Shown here piece after piece: positions 22,360 to 30,870 of a DNA stretch of 64,000 bases. Under the pieces are notes generated by a model. That model was not told the origin of the DNA. It made no database searches and was given only the letters and a program-made list of their open reading frames with translations. Origin of the DNA: Pseudomonadota bacterium (lineage in GTDB: Bacteria; Campylobacterota; Campylobacteria; Campylobacterales; Sulfurimonadaceae); assembly GCA_043797085.1 (NCBI GenBank), contig JAZDQA010000012.1, positions 1 to 64,000 on the forward strand, given 5' to 3'. The position numbers and the translations under genes are program-made. Position 1 is the stretch's first letter. The number at the start of each line of letters is the position of its first letter.

Positions 22360-22872
22360 ATGAAACTAAACTGGCTTTTTCTCACACTCTTCAAAAGCGG
22401 TCATTCACCCAAAGCACCCGGAACCGTCGGAACGTTGGTATCACTCCCTTTTGGTGTTGCGATTTTGATGTTTTTTGGCTCTCAAACCCTTTTTATGCTC
22501 TCTATTCTCATCACCCTCATTGCCATCAAAGGGATCGATACCTATGAAGCTTCTAGCGGTATTCACGACAATCAAAAAATTGTCATCGATGAACTAGTTG
22601 GGATGTGGATAGCATTAGCTATCGCACCGGGGATAGCGTTTGGCTTGGGTGATTTAGGTGTTATGAGCAATGGAATAGCCCTACAAATTGTACTGAGCTT
22701 TATTTTCTTTCGCCTTTACGACATCAAAAAACCTTCCCTTATCGGAAGAATCGATCGTGAGGCAAAAGGGGGATGGGGCGTTATGGGTGATGATATCCTC
22801 GCAGGGTTCGCCGCAGGAATCACCACCGCCATCGTGTGGCAGGGAATACTAAAAATAATTCCGATGATTTAA
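22360..22872 (+). CDS. pgpA: Phosphatidylglycerophosphatase A
   Basis: PKAPGTVGT, IVIDELVG, FRLYDIKKP, GVMGDDILAG. Confidence 0.95.
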   Translation: MKLNWLFLTLFKSGHSPKAPGTVGTLVSLPFGVAILMFFGSQTLFMLSILITLIAIKGIDTYEASSGIHDNQKIVIDELVGMWIALAIAPGIAFGLGDLGVMSNGIALQIVLSFIFFRLYDIKKPSLIGRIDREAKGGWGVMGDDILAGFAAGITTAIVWQGILKIIPMI

Positions 22873-23366
22873 ATCATCATCGGTTCATCGGTAGCTTCAA
22901 TCTCTTCAAAATCCTCTGCCATTTGATCGAGCATTTTTTGCATCTTTTTGATTTTAGCAATGTTCTCGTCAAAAAAGTGTTTTGATGCCGGAAATGCTTC
23001 AGATAACTCGGTATAAATCAAAATCCGCCCTCCAAAGTGACGGTTAAACTCATCAAATGCACTTCGTAAATACGATTGCTTGGTGGTATGACGAAACAGT
23101 GCCCGAATCATTTTTTTACGCTCTTTGATCGGAATAGACTCATCGATTGCTTCCGCCACCCGCTTAATATCTAAGCGTGAAAAATAAACACCGCTATGAT
23201 AAGGGGCAAGCAGTTTATCGGTCAAATCATCGACAAATCCAGGAACCGGCAAATCGTCCGGATCATTTTCATTCGTTTCATTCGTACTGCAACTTTCAGT
23301 ATCGCATTTTCCACGAACAAAGGCATCAAACTCTGCTTTTAAATCACTCAAATCTGCTTTATTCAT
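22869..23366 (-). CDS. Hypothetical acidic cytoplasmic protein, last gene of the molybdoenzyme operon
   Basis: 165-aa ORF overlapping the upstream stop by 4 nt; N-terminal CDTESC; no recognised family. Confidence 0.8.
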   Translation of the reverse strand: MNKADLSDLKAEFDAFVRGKCDTESCSTNETNENDPDDLPVPGFVDDLTDKLLAPYHSGVYFSRLDIKRVAEAIDESIPIKERKKMIRALFRHTTKQSYLRSAFDEFNRHFGGRILIYTELSEAFPASKHFFDENIAKIKKMQKMLDQMAEDFEEIEATDEPMMI

Positions 23367-23800
23367 TTCGTTTCTCCTGTAATTAATTCATAAAAATAGT
23401 GGCTCAGTGCATTCAATGCAATATCATCTTCAAACGTTTCAGCAAATTTTTCCAATGCTGCGGGTGCAATCAATTCACCAAGAAGTTTTCCATTTTCAAT
23501 ACGGATAAAATCGCAATATCGACTCTCTTTCACTGCATTAGACATACTATCAAGTAAGCCAAACGCCTCTTCTTGATATTCACTCGATATCAATGCACCG
23601 TTGAGCTTCGAACTTCGCATCTGAGAAATCGTAAACGCTACATCATCCGGACGAATGTTCATCGGTATCACCATCGAATTCGAACCGCTTGATTTAAACA
23701 ATTTATTCACGGTTACCGAAAAACGATTACTGTGTGCCTCTTCAGCAATAAAACCAAATAACTTTGTTTCAACTGTAATACTATTATCGTTATTCATCAT
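23363..23800 (-). CDS. Standalone shikimate-dehydrogenase substrate-binding-like domain, catalytic residues missing
   Basis: TKLFGFIAEEAHS...IPMNIRPDD...LNGALIS...LLDSMS...ENGKLLG follows the AroE N-domain pattern; no Rossmann domain; start at ATG 23800. Confidence 0.7.
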   Translation of the reverse strand: MMNNDNSITVETKLFGFIAEEAHSNRFSVTVNKLFKSSGSNSMVIPMNIRPDDVAFTISQMRSSKLNGALISSEYQEEAFGLLDSMSNAVKESRYCDFIRIENGKLLGELIAPAALEKFAETFEDDIALNALSHYFYELITGETK

Positions 23801-24891
23801 ATTAACCCCCATAACTCTTTGGCTTCTTCCTCTTCGAGGCGGCAACGACGGCAAACTTTTTCACCCAAACTGGAACTAAAAAGTGCGTCACACTCATCGC
23901 ATCGTCGAACGGAATACATGACGAGATTTTGAACCGTCGGTACATACCATTCCTTGAGATTATACGACGATGAAAGGGTAATCGCATCACTCTCACACAC
24001 ATCATGACACAGATGGCATTTAACACACAAAAAGGGATCAAAATCGATTTTAGAATTGCGCATATCGGATGTCAATGCACCTGTCGGACAAACACGATAA
24101 CACATTTCACACGCACTGCACAATGACTCATCCATAAGTTTTTGAGAGGTGAACGGTATCTTAGAGGCATCAACAACATGAAAAACAGTTGGTATTTCAG
24201 TTTTTTTCAATACCGTAAAAAAGAGCTTTCGTCGATTGGTTATTTTTTTGGCTCTTAACCCTGCTGTGTGAGAATTATCAATGGTGTACTTCACAAATTC
24301 ATCAGTTGTGCTTTGCACCTCTTTTTCAAAATCATGCCGAATTTTTCCAATTCCTCGCAGATGAAAAGTCTTAAAAAAATCACGTCTTTGAACTTCCGGC
24401 TTTTCATCAGGATTTTGGTAGGTAATAGGTAACAGCTCAATACGTTCATGGCGTTCTATCGCTTCGAGCAGATAATTCGCATCTTCGATTCTTGGTATGA
24501 ACTTCTCAAGCGTACGTTCCCCTATATCACACTGGGCACAATGCCCGACATCGCACACTAACCCTTTTTTCATTTGTGCCAATGAAATAAGATGTTCACT
24601 GCTAAGTGCCGCAATACACGGGACATTCTTCTGACACGAAACAACCTTCTCCTCATCCGCCATAAAAGCAAAGAAAAAATCGGTAGGATTGAAATCATCC
24701 AAAGCCAATGCTTCAGTGGGACACACGGCAACACATCCCGCACATCCTACACAAAGTGCTTGATTGATCGAGGGAAGACGCTCTGTGATTTCGATAGCCG
24801 CTGTCGGGCAAGAGAGTTCACAATGATTGCACTGTGAATTGACACTCAATGCCCTGACGCATGCTTGCGGGGATAAAATCAAAAGACTCAT
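23797..24891 (-). CDS. Polyferredoxin-like 4Fe-4S binding protein
   Basis: Several CxxCxxCxxxC(P) motifs plus extra Cys clusters. Confidence 0.88.
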   Translation of the reverse strand: MSLLILSPQACVRALSVNSQCNHCELSCPTAAIEITERLPSINQALCVGCAGCVAVCPTEALALDDFNPTDFFFAFMADEEKVVSCQKNVPCIAALSSEHLISLAQMKKGLVCDVGHCAQCDIGERTLEKFIPRIEDANYLLEAIERHERIELLPITYQNPDEKPEVQRRDFFKTFHLRGIGKIRHDFEKEVQSTTDEFVKYTIDNSHTAGLRAKKITNRRKLFFTVLKKTEIPTVFHVVDASKIPFTSQKLMDESLCSACEMCYRVCPTGALTSDMRNSKIDFDPFLCVKCHLCHDVCESDAITLSSSYNLKEWYVPTVQNLVMYSVRRCDECDALFSSSLGEKVCRRCRLEEEEAKELWGLI

Positions 24892-25511
24892 ACGGATACA
24901 GATACTGCTTTTGACAAAAGTTCATTATCAGTGAGGATAAACTCCAGCGCCATCTCTGCTGCATCATAATAAAGCGGCGTGCGTGACTCATATTTCATAT
25001 TGATCAAATACATCGGTGCCCATTTCAAAAGATGGGTGTTTAGAAATTCGTGCTGAGCACTTTGAAAATCCGCAACGGATTCAGTATCACCTTCTTGCGT
25101 TGCTTTGATCTGTGCTTGACATAAATGGTGCATAAACTCTAACTCAACCCCGATATGATCGGAAGAGACGACACGAGCCACCCCGTAATCAACAATAAAA
25201 TCGTATGCGCTGTAAATATCGGTAACCGGATTTGCTCCGCCCGTTTCGATCATCTGATCTTCACGGGTATAAAATGTCTCATAAGGAACCAAATGCAATA
25301 ATGAGAGGTTCGTAAAATCAGGATTGAGATATTCCTCCAATAATTTCTGTGGTTCCACTGTAGTACGCTCTTCCCACTCATTCCAATGGGGCAAAAACTC
25401 GAGAATAGTTTTATCGCTGATAATCGACTCTAAAATTTCACGGTCCAATTCTTGAAGCAGTATACGTGAGAGAAGTGCATAAATATTCGAGCGTGAAATA
25501 AGTTCGTCCAT
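24888..25511 (-). CDS. TorD/DmsD-family redox enzyme maturation chaperone
   Basis: PYETFY, SDHIGVELEFM, FLNTHLLKW. Confidence 0.93.
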   Translation of the reverse strand: MDELISRSNIYALLSRILLQELDREILESIISDKTILEFLPHWNEWEERTTVEPQKLLEEYLNPDFTNLSLLHLVPYETFYTREDQMIETGGANPVTDIYSAYDFIVDYGVARVVSSDHIGVELEFMHHLCQAQIKATQEGDTESVADFQSAQHEFLNTHLLKWAPMYLINMKYESRTPLYYDAAEMALEFILTDNELLSKAVSVSV

Positions 25512-25540
25512 AATTTTTGAGCCTTAGTAAAGTTGTTGGG

Positions 25541-25551
25541 ATTGTAGCTTA
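25541..25551 (-). promoter_or_regulatory. Possible internal -10 promoter for the maturation genes
   Basis: TAAGCTACAAT about 30 nt upstream of the chaperone ATG. Confidence 0.4.
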
Positions 25552-25604
25552 TCTGACTGAAAATCAGATGAGAGAAGATTGTTAAGAACAGTCTCTATCA
25601 AGCC

Positions 25605-28600
25605 TTAAGGCTTGATAGTAACATCGTACACCGATGGGTCAAGATTAACCCAAGGACGTTTGATATGACGAGGTCTGCGAAGTTTTGAATTGGAATCCAA
25701 TCCACGACTCAGTTGATCTCTCCATGCTTGATAGACTTTTAGGTTATTATCGTAATTTACAAAAATATCTCCGATTTTATCCCCTGCTTGTGCAGGCTCT
25801 AAAATAACCTTGTGATGCCAGCAGTGCATACCCGAAACAGGATCCGGATGAGGAGCCGCAACGGCATTTTGCCATGAACCGCTCAATCCATCCCACCAAA
25901 TATTGCCAGAATCACGGTTATAATCCGCAAAACGCTCGGTGTGGAAAGGTTTAATTCCCTCTACGTATTTGAGTTTACCGACTTTTCCATCCATTTGGAT
26001 CTCAGCAACAGGAACGCCAAAGCTGTTTAAGCCGGTCGTCCCTTCGTAATTATCAATAATAGATTGTCCACCTACACGTCCTGCGTTTGCCGGAGATTCT
26101 TTTAGGAATTCTTTATTCGTCAAATCACGAGGTGCAACACCTGGTGCTACTTTACCATCAGTCACTCCATTTGGAATCGTCACTGCATTGGTAAGCTTCC
26201 AGCGTCCGCCGTGGTGTGAACAAGCCAGTGTTCCCGGAAGAACGCCTTCAGTAGGTACAGCCATTGCAACGAAATGACCGCTCTCTAAACCAGAAACAGT
26301 ATCGACGATTTTAACACGCATAGCATCACCACGTTTAAATCCGAGACGCTTAGCATCACCCGTACTGATCCAAATCGGGTCATGATTTTGACTGATTTCC
26401 ATCAAGTGTTTCGAGTTAGCTGAACGGGTATGAATGTTATACGGCAAACGGAATACAGTATTTAAAGCAAACGCATTTTCCTCTTTCATATAGATATGAT
26501 TAACATGCGATACGATGTGAATCATTTCCTCTTTTTCTTTATCATTACGAGGATAGTATGGCATAGCGTACTCTCTCCACTTCCAATCTGTAGCCCATTG
26601 GGTAAAGAACTCAAGCTTTTTAGTCAGCGTTGCAAACCCTTCCATTTTCTTGCCGTCGATCTCAATACCTATTTTTTTCTCTTTGCCGTGATGATCAACT
26701 GCCGAAATAACACCAGCTGCCCCAACGCTCATTGAGCTCGCATCAAATTTATGCCCGTGAGAGATAACTTCACCGTCTTCAAATTTAAGTTCACGTTCTT
26801 GCGCATTAAAAATTTTCTCCTCTTCTAACCATGTACCATGATCGCGAAGATAGGAATAAACCGGGAACTCCTCGTTTATGTAACGCGGGTCATTGGTTGC
26901 CGTCTCTTTGAGTTTTGGCAAGTTGTCTCCAAACGCTGCATCGTACCATTCAGCAATCGTTACCGGTTTACCTGGATTACGCTTGCTTTCCCACATTTTT
27001 TTGATGCCAAGGCTTCCATCTGGATCAATATAATTGACACACATATCAAACCAAAATTCATTCTCTTCCCAAACTTCGCCGAGACCAGCTTTAATGTGTG
27101 CTTCCAACGTTGCACGCGCAGGATTTTTAGCTTTCCAGCCTGATTTTTCGAGTGCAACACGAAGTACCGGTTGACGGAACGATGTCCAACGTGCCGGCAT
27201 AGTAGCTTCGGAGTGCTGATCGTGACGTTCACCCGCAAGACCTACGGGAAGAACATAGTCCATATACCAGTTGGTTTCTGACCATACAGGAGAAAGGTTC
27301 ATGGTAAGCTCCATGATCTCCTCGTTTTTCAACACTTCCAACCATCGGAAACCATCCGGATTAATCCAAACCGGATTGTACATACGAGGAATGTACACTG
27401 CAAGCTTGCTTGGTACTGTCAATCCACGGTCATTCCATTTTTTCTGCCACTCTTTGTCTGTCAATAGATGCGGTAATAAATACGACATTTCATACGTAGA
27501 CAACGGCCATTCAGGTGGCCAAGTAAGCTCATTCCACGCTTGTACTTTTGGTACATCTGCACCCGATATACCTTGACCGACTGTAGAACTTCCCCCTTTA
27601 CCGGAGACAGAAATAACATGCCAGTGATGGAAGAATGTTCCGCCCTCTGTTCCGATAGCACCACGAAGCCCGATACAGAAATACGCGGCACGTCCACCCA
27701 TCCATGCACCACGGTTACCCGCTGCTGCTGCACGCCAGATATACGTAGAGATGGCGTCACCTGCCCAGATAAACATCTCATAAAGTTTTTCGAGTTTATA
27801 CGCAGGGACATGCGTTTCTTTAACTGCATATTCGAGTGTGTACGGAGCATACATATCTTTAAGAAGCTCTATATAATCATCAAAACCCTTGCCTGCAGGA
27901 GCTTTCGTTATTTGACCTTTTTCAAGCATAAAATCAAGATGTACTTGATCGTTCATCAAGGTTTCCCAGTTGAACCATTTTTTGACAAACTTTTTATCGG
28001 TCATATTCTCATTCAAGATACGGTTTGCAAGATAAAGATAAATCGCTGCTTCCGTTCCCGGCCATGGAGCAATCCAAAGGTCAGACATCCCCGCGGAATT
28101 TGACATACGAGGATCCATAACAACTAATTTTGCACCTTTTTTACGAGCGTCCGCGATAAAACTTGCAGATTGTTGAAAATAGTGTCCGGCATCGGCTGCA
28201 TGAGAAGAGTTCAAGAAAATAAGTTTTGCATTTGCCCAATCGGGACTGGTACGGTCATCATTTGCCGTCCAAATGGTCGGAGTACGTCCGTTTGATGAAC
28301 AAATATTCGTATGAGAGTTGTACGAATCAAGACCCAATGTTTCCCAAATCTGAGGCACGAAACCATTCTCATTCGGACGACCGACATGGTACATGACTGA
28401 TTTGCGAGAAAGGAGGTCCCCTTTACGAATCGTATCCGCCATCTTTTTACCGATGGTTGACATCGCTTCATCCCATGTAGTACGAATCCATTTACCCTCA
28501 CCGCGTTTTGAACCTGGAGCACGCTTAAGCGGGAACGGAATACGGTCAGGATCGTACATCTGCGACTGCACTGCGTAACCTTTTGCACAGTTACGACCGC

Positions 28601-28997
28601 GAGAGCCCGGATGCAATGGATTACCCATGTATTTTTTGACCGTAAATGTTTTTTTGTCGATCCATGCAGTGAGTCCGCATGCCGCTTCACAGTTTGAACA
28701 CGCTGTAGGGATAAGCATATAATCATTGACTAAAATACCATCCGGATTTTCTTCGCTTCTTACACCGTGACGATCGATACCGCCACGTTTCCAGTCTGTA
28801 CCGTCAAGCTCTTGGAATCCACTCCACTGATCCAATGGAGGGTAAAAAGAGAGGCTATCAGGTATATTGGTAAATTTACTTTTTTCTAACGACTCAGCAA
28901 CTGCATCCGTTGAAAAAACGCCTTTGGCGATTGCAGCACCGGCAACGGTAAATGCGGCACCTTTTAAAAATGTTCTTCTGCTTTCTAAATACATCAT
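25605..28997 (-). CDS. Tat-exported bis-MGD molybdopterin oxidoreductase catalytic subunit (PsrA/TtrA/SreA-like), 1130 aa
   Basis: SRRTFLK Tat motif; CSNCEAAC...NCAKG FS0; HTNIC with candidate Cys Mo ligand; HTRSAN; molydop-binding C-terminus. Confidence 0.92.
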   Translation of the reverse strand: MMYLESRRTFLKGAAFTVAGAAIAKGVFSTDAVAESLEKSKFTNIPDSLSFYPPLDQWSGFQELDGTDWKRGGIDRHGVRSEENPDGILVNDYMLIPTACSNCEAACGLTAWIDKKTFTVKKYMGNPLHPGSRGRNCAKGYAVQSQMYDPDRIPFPLKRAPGSKRGEGKWIRTTWDEAMSTIGKKMADTIRKGDLLSRKSVMYHVGRPNENGFVPQIWETLGLDSYNSHTNICSSNGRTPTIWTANDDRTSPDWANAKLIFLNSSHAADAGHYFQQSASFIADARKKGAKLVVMDPRMSNSAGMSDLWIAPWPGTEAAIYLYLANRILNENMTDKKFVKKWFNWETLMNDQVHLDFMLEKGQITKAPAGKGFDDYIELLKDMYAPYTLEYAVKETHVPAYKLEKLYEMFIWAGDAISTYIWRAAAAGNRGAWMGGRAAYFCIGLRGAIGTEGGTFFHHWHVISVSGKGGSSTVGQGISGADVPKVQAWNELTWPPEWPLSTYEMSYLLPHLLTDKEWQKKWNDRGLTVPSKLAVYIPRMYNPVWINPDGFRWLEVLKNEEIMELTMNLSPVWSETNWYMDYVLPVGLAGERHDQHSEATMPARWTSFRQPVLRVALEKSGWKAKNPARATLEAHIKAGLGEVWEENEFWFDMCVNYIDPDGSLGIKKMWESKRNPGKPVTIAEWYDAAFGDNLPKLKETATNDPRYINEEFPVYSYLRDHGTWLEEEKIFNAQERELKFEDGEVISHGHKFDASSMSVGAAGVISAVDHHGKEKKIGIEIDGKKMEGFATLTKKLEFFTQWATDWKWREYAMPYYPRNDKEKEEMIHIVSHVNHIYMKEENAFALNTVFRLPYNIHTRSANSKHLMEISQNHDPIWISTGDAKRLGFKRGDAMRVKIVDTVSGLESGHFVAMAVPTEGVLPGTLACSHHGGRWKLTNAVTIPNGVTDGKVAPGVAPRDLTNKEFLKESPANAGRVGGQSIIDNYEGTTGLNSFGVPVAEIQMDGKVGKLKYVEGIKPFHTERFADYNRDSGNIWWDGLSGSWQNAVAAPHPDPVSGMHCWHHKVILEPAQAGDKIGDIFVNYDNNLKVYQAWRDQLSRGLDSNSKLRRPRHIKRPWVNLDPSVYDVTIKP

Positions 28998-29005
28998 TTA
29001 CCTCT

Positions 29006-29905
29006 TTAGCTCATGCTTAACAATTGTGGGATAACTAACCATACGTGCTTGCTAATCCATAATCCGATTAACGCTGACACAGCAGCGATTTTCAACAAAT
29101 AATACGACTCTTTTTTAATACTTACCCATACTAAGATCATAGGAACAATAAACGCTAACACTTGTCCGATCCAGAACATAATAGTGTATTCACCACCCTT
29201 GATATACTCAAGAACTGCAGCAACCTCTTCTGCTTTCATTGGACCAAAAATAAGCTCTGCCATATATAAAATAAAGGCCGCAGCAGCACTAAGACCTAAA
29301 ATAACGGCTAAATCTTTTTTGATACTATCACTAAATTTATTCCCGCCAAGCAAAAGCATCGTAGCCGTTCCTGCAAGAAGCGCCGCCAAAATCATTTGCG
29401 CTGATTCTGTAGGCATTTGCCATAGCTCACGCGCGGTTGATTGTGCCATCAAACCTGCGGTATAAAGCGTTACTGGAACCGCTAACAATACGGTATAGCC
29501 CAACAATCTGTCATACAATGCTTCGTCTTTTTTCATGTAAATCGCATACGCCATACCCAAAAGCAATCCGACAAAACCGGTTGCCATCCATGCACCGATC
29601 GTAATTGCCGACGTCATATGCGGGTGGAAAAAGATATGCCAAAAACGGAACATCTGGTGTAAATCAATAACCGTAAAAAATAAGAACAAGTGAATAGTGA
29701 CGATTGAAACCATTACAGCTGGAAATCGAATAAACCCTGTCTCTTTCGGATATTTTTTCAACAAGAAAAAAGTAAGAAAAATAATACCGGTACCGATACT
29801 TTTTGCCCACATATTCATGGTAATAATCCAACCCCATACGATACCCGGAAGAGCAACGTCAAGCGTTACTATTGCATTTGTTGCAGCAATGATTTCATGT
29901 GCCAT
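29006..29905 (-). CDS. NrfD/PsrC-family membrane anchor
   Basis: WGWIITMNMWAKSIGTG, DLHQMFRFWH, SAITIGAW, YTAGL; about 8 TM helices. Confidence 0.92.
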   Translation of the reverse strand: MAHEIIAATNAIVTLDVALPGIVWGWIITMNMWAKSIGTGIIFLTFFLLKKYPKETGFIRFPAVMVSIVTIHLFLFFTVIDLHQMFRFWHIFFHPHMTSAITIGAWMATGFVGLLLGMAYAIYMKKDEALYDRLLGYTVLLAVPVTLYTAGLMAQSTARELWQMPTESAQMILAALLAGTATMLLLGGNKFSDSIKKDLAVILGLSAAAAFILYMAELIFGPMKAEEVAAVLEYIKGGEYTIMFWIGQVLAFIVPMILVWVSIKKESYYLLKIAAVSALIGLWISKHVWLVIPQLLSMS

Positions 29906-30543
29906 TAGTGGTGCCCTCCTACTGGTAGATGTGTAAGATTGTTAAAGAGAGAATGTCCTTCAGCTCTGAATGATGCCAATGGATTCAACGTCACATTTCC
30001 GCCACCGACATAGTAGTGATGAGGCTCAGTCCCTTTTTCCGGCTTACGTACTTGAACATTGCCTTGATGCTGTTGAATGTATTTACTGATGTTCGACATC
30101 GGATCATCCAAATCTCCAAAAATATTCGCTTCAACAGGACACGCAACAACACACGATGGCATCATAGAACTTGCGACACGGTGTGCACAATAGGTACACT
30201 TATCCGCTGTTTGTGTTTGAGGGTCGATATAAATCGCACCGTATGGACATGCCATAATACATCCTGCGCACCCGATACAACGATCTTTGTCAATGTTGAC
30301 AATACCATTTTCAAGGTAATGAAGCGCACTGACTGGACAAATACGTTCACACGGTGCATTGGCACAATGATTACAGCGAAGTGGAGTAAACGTACGTTTT
30401 GTCTCAGGAAACGTTCCAACATCGACATATTTTACCCGAAGACGCCACGTAGAAAGAGGAACCTCATTTTCCACTTTACAGGCAATTTCACAGCCCTTGC
30501 ACCCCATACACAGGTGAAGGTCTACCAAGAAACCTAGTTGCAT
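29905..30543 (-). CDS. 4x[4Fe-4S] electron-transfer subunit (PsrB/NrfC/TtrB-like)
   Basis: CMGCKGCEIAC, CNHCANAPCERICP, CIGCAGCIMACPY, KCTYC..PSCVVACP. Confidence 0.95.
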   Translation of the reverse strand: MQLGFLVDLHLCMGCKGCEIACKVENEVPLSTWRLRVKYVDVGTFPETKRTFTPLRCNHCANAPCERICPVSALHYLENGIVNIDKDRCIGCAGCIMACPYGAIYIDPQTQTADKCTYCAHRVASSMMPSCVVACPVEANIFGDLDDPMSNISKYIQQHQGNVQVRKPEKGTEPHHYYVGGGNVTLNPLASFRAEGHSLFNNLTHLPVGGHH

Positions 30544-30573
30544 ATATTCTCCTTGAATTCCTATTTCTTAATA

Positions 30574-30600
30574 GAATAATAATTATCTATTGTCATTATA
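30574..30600 (-). promoter_or_regulatory. -10 box with downstream Fur/PerR-like 7-1-7 box upstream of the molybdoenzyme operon
   Basis: TATAAT at 30600-30595; AGATAAT-T-ATTATTC at 30588-30574. Confidence 0.45.
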
Positions 30601-30759
30601 ATAGGCTTATAATGGCATTTCTGCTGTGCTGATATTAGCTAAATATGCTTTAACCGAAACTAAAAGGCAACACCTTTTTGCTATAACTTTTTGATATGTA
30701 ACCGTTTGGAGATTTTTCCCGCACAGGGGAATAAAAATAACAATTGAAGAATTTGATTT

Positions 30760-30792
30760 AGCTTCTCCCGTATCCGAAAGATACGGGTAGCT
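30760..30792 (-). terminator. Hairpin downstream of hisD
   Basis: CCCGTATC-CGAAA-GATACGGG stem (TTCG-containing loop on the minus strand). Confidence 0.55.
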
Positions 30793-30870
30793 TTTCAGGA
30801 AACATCCCTACAGGAGCGCTTCGCTTGTTTTGGGGGTTGCAAGGGACATTTGTTCCTACAGTGTATTAGA

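Noticed and set aside
30661..30685. Possible sigma54 promoter (GG...TTGC)
   Set aside because: GG-to-GC spacing is 12 rather than 10, and it points away from the operon
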